Under the pieces are notes generated by a model. It saw only the letters and a program-made list of their open reading frames with translations, made no database searches and had not been told where the DNA came from. Of a stretch of DNA of 64,000 nt, positions 57,701 through 64,000 are shown piece by piece. Origin of the DNA: Harriotta raleighana (lineage: Eukaryota); the NCBI GenBank assembly GCA_050575255.1, contig JBNZDD010013670.1:310001-374000 (forward strand), given 5' to 3'. The translations under genes and the position numbers were made by a program. The first letter of the stretch is position 1. Each line of letters starts with the position of its first letter.

Positions 57701-60700
57701 CATTTGGGAATTTAATGCAGCTTTCAAAATTTGAATATTTTCTAACAAATGTATGAAATAGGTTTTGCCACAAACCTGAAAATGTAGAGTATCTTAACTC
57801 AAATTTAATTCTTTAAAACTGAACGTTCATTGAATAAACTAAAATCTGTAAATTTGTACTTACTGTAGAAATGCATTGCAATATTTCAAAGATTAAATCT
57901 CTGGAAATCTTAATAATAGCTGATGTCTGCTTGGCATTTAAAATAATTATTTATTTTTTCCCGTTACCATAAGAATTTATTTGAATAAAATAATCCTAGA
58001 TTTTGGTTTGCCCTTAATGTGTGGGATTTAATCCCACATAGCCTGAATGCCTAATATTCTTTGCTTTGCAGCACAGTTAAAACTAAAATCATGTTTTTAA
58101 AATGCAAAATTAGGCAGGACTTTGGAAGATTCTTAAATTCAGTCTTAATTTGGAAGTCCTTTGTGTTGAACTCCTTAACAGCTGCAGAAATTAAGATTGA
58201 ATTAGGTTTTTCAAAATCCTGCATAATTGTAAATTTTCAGACAGTGGTCTTGAGGCTAAGACATGAAATATTTGGGGTCTCAGATGACTTCTATTTTTTA
58301 AACTTTTGAAACTGCACCAGAATTCTGTAATTTTAACCAGGTAAATTCATCTAACTCAGCGAGATTTAAAAAAATCTCCCAGGGACATTCACTGATGCCA
58401 ATTCATTGTTCAAAAAACCTACTTCTGATTAAAGGCTAAAATGTATTCTACTGAACCCATACAGTTACCGTGTAATTTTGGGGAGTTGTCAGTGCACTTC
58501 AAACAATGTGCCCTCTCTTCATATTACAAAAATTGTTGCTTTAGAATTGATGGCTGGGGGAACGAACATTTTGTGCAGCACTCCCTGATGTGATTGCAGA
58601 AATTGAAACCTCCACATAGTTCTATGGTGATATACCTCGTTTAGAACTTATGATGCCCTGATACAAGGGCAAATAAGCAAAATTGGTCACTGTCCAGAGG
58701 GGGTGCATTTATTATATTTATGATTACTCTGATGATTCAGTGAAATACATTTCCCCCTTTAAGGCAGGCAGGCTGTGATAATTTTCCTTATATTTGATTG
58801 TGACCCTTGCCCTTATTACTTTGGATTTGAGCAAAAATATGCTTCCAAACTCTGTGCCAAAATTTCGGTGAGCAAGTTGAAATTTGGATTTCAGAAATGA
58901 TGCATGACGTGTGCACTAAATCTTAGTCTATTGTATATGTTGTACTGTCAGCTAAATTTGCTGCTTTAATTTATTGTGGATTCGCAAAGAAAATGGCTGT
59001 TGCTTTTGCTGGTGGCGCAGTTGCTTATCTAAAACTTAATGGGCCAATGGCCTATTTTAAACCATTTTAATGAGGGGGTGGGAACAATGCCGGTGGATAA
59101 GGAGAGGTTCATGATATCGGTTAGCAGGGGAGCCAGGAGGTGGAGTTGGGAGATGAGGAGAGAGAGGTGGGAGATGATAGCAGTGAGTGAGGAAGGGAGA
59201 GATAGGGTCAAAGGTGTATGGGGTTGGGTGGGTTATGAGTGGGTCATGAGAGAGAGGTAATGAGGGGTTAGCGGTAGACGGGATAGAGGTGGCTGAACGG
59301 ATCGATAGAGAAACATTGAAAAGCAATCACATCTTGCTGCTCTAGTTTGAGGAAAGCAGTAATTCATATATTTATGTGTATTATAGAAAAACAATTTCAA
59401 CAAGGCAAATATTGTGTCAGAAACAGCCTACCCACTCTGAGAGATTAGGGAAATGTTTCTAAAGAGAGACGTTTAGTTGTTCCTAGCACTGAGCATTTTA
59501 AGAATGTACACAGGTCACTGGATATTATTAAATGCCAGAGTCACTATGTAAATCACCACTAAAATAATGGTGCTTACATTTGGTATATCGTCTTTCACGT
59601 TGGAAGCACAGAAGTGTATCGGAGTGTATACTGTAGGGTGCAGTTACTTTGTGTTTGTGGGTGCAAAATCAGAGAAAAGATCTTTATTTCATGAATGATA
59701 GAGTTAACTATGCTGATAACTTCTGCATTATATTTGGCAATGAACATGATATTTAGCAACTTGTATGGTGTATGATATATATCCCAAGTACATTATTTAA
59801 AAAATGGACTGAACAATCATGTGAGCTGCTTCAGAATGACATTCTTGCATTGCTCAGAATAACGTATATTCCTCTACAAATGTTATGTGCTACACCGAGG
59901 CAACTGTGTTGTACTATATTGATCTAATAGAAAGCTTAGCAGCATTTATTGTGAATGATTCGTCATATAGCAACTTATTGCTGCTAATTGACAACCAACT
60001 GTTCAAAGGGTTTTCAGCTCACTGTGGTTCACAGAGAAGTCATTTTTGGCGGTTTCTCTCACTGCATGGGTGAAATAAATTCATTCATATGATGTGATCA
60101 CTTATCATCCAGTAATGTCCTACCTAAGGATTTGTGTAAAATAGGACAAAAAATATCATCCTGTTATAGCTCCTCTCTTCTAAGCTGACGGCATCACCCT
60201 ACATGGATTCACCTTACACCTCACAGAGCCAATACAGAACCTCAGCATCGTGTTTGACCCTTAACTGTCCCTCATCCCTCACAATCATGTCATGACTTAC
60301 TCTGCCTTTCCCCAACTAAACATCACCCGGCTCCACCACTGACTCTCACCGCAGTCTACTAAGACCCTCATCCACATATTCATCACATCCAGACTTGACT
60401 GCAAACTCCCTACTTGTCGGCCTCCTCAACTCCTACTTCCATAGGCTGCACATCATCTAGAACTTTGCAGTCCTCAAATGAAATGCGTTATACAAATGTA
60501 ATTTGTTTTTGTTAACATGGGTTTGCTTACAGTTCTGGTATCCTGTGGATGTCCACTAACCAGAAGTACACCAGACTTGTGCTGTCTAACGTCCAGGATA
60601 ATAGCTTTATATCCATGGGCTATTTGCCAGAAACACGGTTAACATCCCTTCCAGTGTGCTAGCATTGCTATAAGGTTTCAGTTTTCTTCAGATTTGATGA

Positions 60701-62413
60701 AGAAAATGCTTTTATTCTATCATACCTGTTTCTTTCAAACCAAACTATTATCTCGGTCTTGACCCCATCATCGATTTCTAGGAGCATATTGTAAAGATAT
60801 TGAATGCCCTCATCCTTCTTTATACACAGTATAGCTTGATTGATTTTGCTTGGTTCGCTTTGAATTCTGGAATCAAAGTTTCATAATTATTTATATTATT
60901 CAGGTCCCTTCTGAAAGCTGTTTTCAGAATAGAAGGGAGCAAATATTAAACTAGAGGGAAGAAAGCACAAAACCAATTCATCATGTTTGGACTGATTGCC
61001 TTTGACACTGATACTTTTTGTTAAGGGACATGACCAGAGCTCCACCCTGGCTCAGCACTCAATTGAGCTGACTCTCCCTAAGCATCAACCTTTTCACCGC
61101 GATCTACTCAGATATGCAAAGCTGATGGAATGGCTAAAGAACACTGACCATGAGAAGTATGAAGGTCTGAATAAGGTAAAAAGATCTCACTTGCTTCAAG
61201 CCACAGAAGCAAGTTTGTGTTTTCCTTTTTTGTTATATTTGTTATGTGCCATATATTTAAATGTTAACATGAACAGTCCAGCCATTCATATAGTAAAGCC
61301 ATATTGCCATAAAAGAATCACATACTGTTCTTTCTCTTTTACTCTTATTACTCTTTCGCTCCCTGCCCTTTTCTGCCTCTGCATCTCTCTTTCTCTCTGT
61401 CTGCAATATCTCTTGGGCAAGCAGTACTGTATATGGATTAAAACGTCATCAATTCTTATAGATATATTCTTCAGATAGCTGTCTGTATTTTTCTTTCGAA
61501 GCAGGTTTTCTTGACATTAAGCATTTTAGTGGATTTTTTAAAAAAACTGAAAGTCAGAATAGATCAATAAGGCCTTTTGGCTCATCATTCCTAAGTTCTT
61601 TCAGTTGTTTTTAAAGTGCTTTTATAATCATGCATGTGCAAGCATTTCATTGTAGTTTATAGAGCTACAGGCCTTTCAGTGTTCAATAAAAAATTGAAAG
61701 TTAATTCTGCACTGTTATGATTTTACGAAGTGCATTTTAAAAGGAATGAGTGGAACACTAAAAGATTAAATAAATTGGGAAATAATTAAGCTCCACTTTA
61801 CTACAATTATTGATCTATATTGCAGTGTTGGTATTATGACAAGCAAAACATTAAAAACAATACTAGGAATTGATTTGTGATATAGCACACGGCCTCAACC
61901 CAAGGTGTTAATTGGCATGGCCTTGTTCTTGAGTTCTAATAATATAATAATCTTTACGTTTGATATAGCACTTTTCACGCCTTCTAGATGTCTCAAAATG
62001 CCTGATTAACACCCTTCCCATCCATTGTGCAAATACAAAATAATATTTGTAAATGACAACTGGATGTAAAAGAGTGGCAAAAATGCCAGGCATTCATGGC
62101 ACTACTCTTCCCAATGATCAAGTCAAGGGAATGGCTGTATCTTACTACAGCACTTGGCAAAGCTTACCATTCACTCCTAATAGGACATGTGCCCAACACA
62201 AGTGCTGTTGGCAACTGCAGTAATTTATAATTCTTTAATCCACAGTTGAATTTGGCACAAGGTAATATATTAAAGAACTAAATTTGCAGTTCTTTTTCCC
62301 CTTACAGAATTATGTAGATTATATATGTAGATTATATGAACGGGAAATCAAGGAATTCTTTGAGGTTGCAAAAATCAAAATGACTGGAACATCCAAAGAA
62401 GGAAAAAAGTTTG
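45654..62413 (+). CDS. EXOC1: Exocyst complex component 1 (Sec3), 5' portion; continues beyond the window
   Basis: Nine constitutive coding exons with consistent phases give [41 protein letters not shown]...[12 protein letters not shown], closely matching recalled vertebrate EXOC1. Confidence 0.97.
46700..46830 (+). CDS. EXOC1: EXOC1 coding exon 2
   Basis: Acceptor ttcttttcag|, 131 nt, [44 protein letters not shown], donor |GTGAGA. Confidence 0.96.
47190..47560 (+). mobile_element. tRNA-derived SINE
   Basis: ggagtcctgtagttcattggttagag head and aaatgcaaggcttattattatt tail. Confidence 0.78.
47813..47972 (+). CDS. EXOC1: EXOC1 coding exon 3
   Basis: Acceptor actacag|, 160 nt, [19 protein letters not shown]...VSSQLLE, donor G|GTAAGT. 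Confidence 0.96.
48744..48764 (+). CDS. EXOC1: EXOC1 21-nt alternative microexon (ELPKVTE)
   Basis: Long pyrimidine tract ending ...tttctttgcaaag|AACTTCCTAAAGTTACAGAAG|gttggt. Phase 1 to 1, so it is frame-preserving between coding exons 3 and 4. Confidence 0.8.
49052..49367 (-). mobile_element. tRNA-derived SINE, full length
   Basis: Reverse complement of the 53250-53567 family. Confidence 0.84.
52098..52285 (+). CDS. EXOC1: EXOC1 coding exon 4
   Basis: Acceptor tttcctaaag|, 188 nt, [37 protein letters not shown]...LQVLDG, donor |GTGAGT. Confidence 0.96.
52758..52985 (+). CDS. EXOC1: EXOC1 coding exon 5
   Basis: Acceptor acctttag|, 228 nt, [31 protein letters not shown]...IEFLV, donor |GTAAGT. 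Confidence 0.96.
53250..53567 (+). mobile_element. tRNA-derived SINE, full length (reference copy)
   Basis: A box TGGCTAAGTGG, anticodon-loop-like CTTACAA, B box GTTTGAATCC, Deu-like gtttgtgggacactgctgtgcgcaatt.gctgc, L2-like tail with (ATT)n. Confidence 0.86.
54211..54343 (+). CDS. EXOC1: EXOC1 coding exon 6
   Basis: Acceptor ctctttgcag|, 133 nt, [44 protein letters not shown], donor G|GTATTG. Confidence 0.96.
55016..55666. mobile_element. MITE of the CAGTAAAA family
   Basis: TA|CAGTAAAACTCTGTTTATCC ... GGATAAACAAGGTTTATTG|TA. Confidence 0.84.
55841..55950 (+). CDS. EXOC1: EXOC1 coding exon 7
   Basis: Acceptor caattttag|, 110 nt, [37 protein letters not shown], donor |GTACAC. Confidence 0.95.
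56191..56857. mobile_element. Tigger/pogo-like MITE with an internal minisatellite
   Basis: TA|CAGGCAGTCCTCAAGTTACG ... CGTAACTAGAGGACTGCCTG|TA (19/20 TIR match); tandem units at 56422-56568. Confidence 0.88.
57588..57641 (+). CDS. EXOC1: EXOC1 candidate 54-nt cassette exon ([18 protein letters not shown])
   Basis: Very long T/C tract ending taatcag|, 54 nt with no stop, phase 0 to 0 like the host intron, consensus donor |GTGAGT, and GCATG at 57655-57659. Confidence 0.65.
59050..59330 (-). mobile_element. L2 ORF2 internal fragment
   Basis: TYTFDPI and [20 protein letters not shown], the region preceding the RT domain in L2 ORF2. Confidence 0.7.
60180..60512 (+). mobile_element. L2 fragment
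   Basis: [30 protein letters not shown]; L2 tail. Confidence 0.75.
61026..61175 (+). CDS. EXOC1: EXOC1 coding exon 8
   Basis: Acceptor tttgttaag|, 150 nt, [38 protein letters not shown]...EGLNK, donor |GTAAAA. Confidence 0.96.
62308..62413 (+). CDS. EXOC1: EXOC1 coding exon 9
   Basis: Acceptor cccttacag|, 106 nt, [35 protein letters not shown], donor G|GTAAGT. Confidence 0.96.
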
Positions 62414-63393
62414 GTAAGTTGTTTCTCTTGTGAGTTCATTCTGATAACCAATACAAAGGGATCTGGAGACTGAAGAGTGTTTAAAGCATTTCACAAGAAT
62501 TGTGTTCCTGATGTGTTTGACTGTGAAAGTTATCAAATATAATTTCTGTAAATCATTAATTGTTACTAATAATTTTTCATTGCCATATACCAATATTTTA
62601 GCGTATTCAATGACCGAGATATGACGCATTTACAGTTTACAAAGATTGGTGCAGGTTGAGTTTAGATTCAAAATCCTTTAGCTAAAAAGAGTTTTCTACC
62701 AGTTCCACAGATGTGAAGATAAATAATTAGTGGCGGCAAGCACTTTTGAGTAGATACATGAATGGAAGAAAAATATTTCTATTATCTATTTTCTGAAGGT
62801 TTTTGGTAATTTAGTCAATTTTAACTATGCATATTATTTAACTAGATTAAATTGTCAGGGAGGGCTTTAGATTTGAATATTGTCTGTAGCTTCACCCTTG
62901 CAACAATATGAAAGTCTGTCTAGTTTCTTGTGCTCTTTTGCTGATGTGAGTTAACTGCTATATTGCCTGCACGAATATAATAACTATTTATAGGCATAAT
63001 AAAATAAATAGTTGAAACCATTCAAAACATTCATCCATTAAGCTTTCATGGTAATATTTGAATTGTTTTTTTTAAAAAGATTTCAGATTTTCAAAATTAG
63101 TTTGTCAAACACCCTTATAATAATACTTGCATTTGATATAAAGTCTTATCACATCATTGCCTTTAATCACTATATATTTTTGAATGTTCTATATTTGTAG
63201 AATCAGAAAAAATACAATCTCAAAGTGGTTGGATTGTATCCTATACTATTACTTAAATTATAATTTCTGCTGTGTAACTGATGCTCAGTTTCACTTGCTT
63301 TGAGAATTTAAATTTTGCCTGAGATCCTAGAGTTTTAATGTTCATAGTTGAAGTGAAATCCTTGGAAAGCTTTGATTGTGAAGAATTATTTTA

Positions 63394-64000
63394 CAGTAAA
63401 ACCCTGTTTATCCAGCACTCATGGGACCTGGCCAGTGGCAGTTAAATGGTTTTCTGGTTAAATGGATTAAAAAAAAATTGTAGAAATTATTTTTTTTTTA
63501 ATTAAAAATGATTTTAACACAGTAATAACAGATTACCAGCTCCCACCCTATGCAAACACAGGAAGATGCTATCCGCACACCGCTAACCCTCAGCGAGGGG
63601 AAGGCACGGTCGATTACTGTGAAGCCTTCTTGCGAAGTATTTTGAATTGATTGAATTGGCTGGACTTGCAGAGAGAGAGTGAGAGTACACACACATACAC
63701 ATGTGAATGATGAACAATACTATATAAATAATAGACTAAATACACTAATACCAGCTACTATACTAACAGAATATTGTATTAGTCCTTTATTATTTATACT
63801 TAACTTTCTACAATGACTGCCAAAGGAGAAAAGAAAACAGCACTTTTTAAAAAAAAACATCAGTAACCCAACTTTAGGCCTGACTAGCGGCCGCCGATAT
63901 AACTGCACCTGTACTCACGTGCGACAATCCATTCATAAATGCGTCTTCATTATTCTGCTGGATAACTTCAGGTTAATCGAATTGGGACTTTTTTTTTGAG
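63394..64000. mobile_element. MITE of the CAGTAAAA family, cut by the window edge
   Basis: TA|CAGTAAAACCCTGTTTATCC left end; interior matches the 16667 and 55016 copies. Confidence 0.84.

Noticed and set aside
62311-62338. 14-bp tandem repeat (tatgtagattata) inside an EXOC1 exon
   Set aside because: It encodes YVDYICRLY, colinear with the conserved protein without any insertion, so it is coincidental.

Overview
Repeat-rich vertebrate genomic DNA. The L2/CR1/tRNA-SINE landscape suggests a cartilaginous fish, possibly a chimaera (inference). Three spliced genes were reconstructed by hand from GT-AG boundaries and consistent exon phases. (1) On the minus strand, a CNBD2-like cyclic-nucleotide-binding gene that the ORF track mostly misses: 10 coding exons from 26832 down to 5521, about 318 aa, with its 3' end not found in the window. 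(2) A complete 3-exon EXOC1L (32401-40321, 171 aa). (3) The 5' part of EXOC1/Sec3: CpG-island promoter near 44.2 kb and nine constitutive coding exons from 45654 to 62413, plus a 21-nt microexon and a 54-nt in-frame cassette exon. The rest is L2, CR1 and Tx1 LINE fragments, tRNA-derived SINEs, TA-flanked Tc1/mariner-pogo MITEs, a solo LTR, a hairpin carrying a hammerhead-like core, and assembly gaps. Exon coordinates were read base by base; most repeat boundaries are approximate. No database searches were run, so family names come from recalled sequence knowledge.
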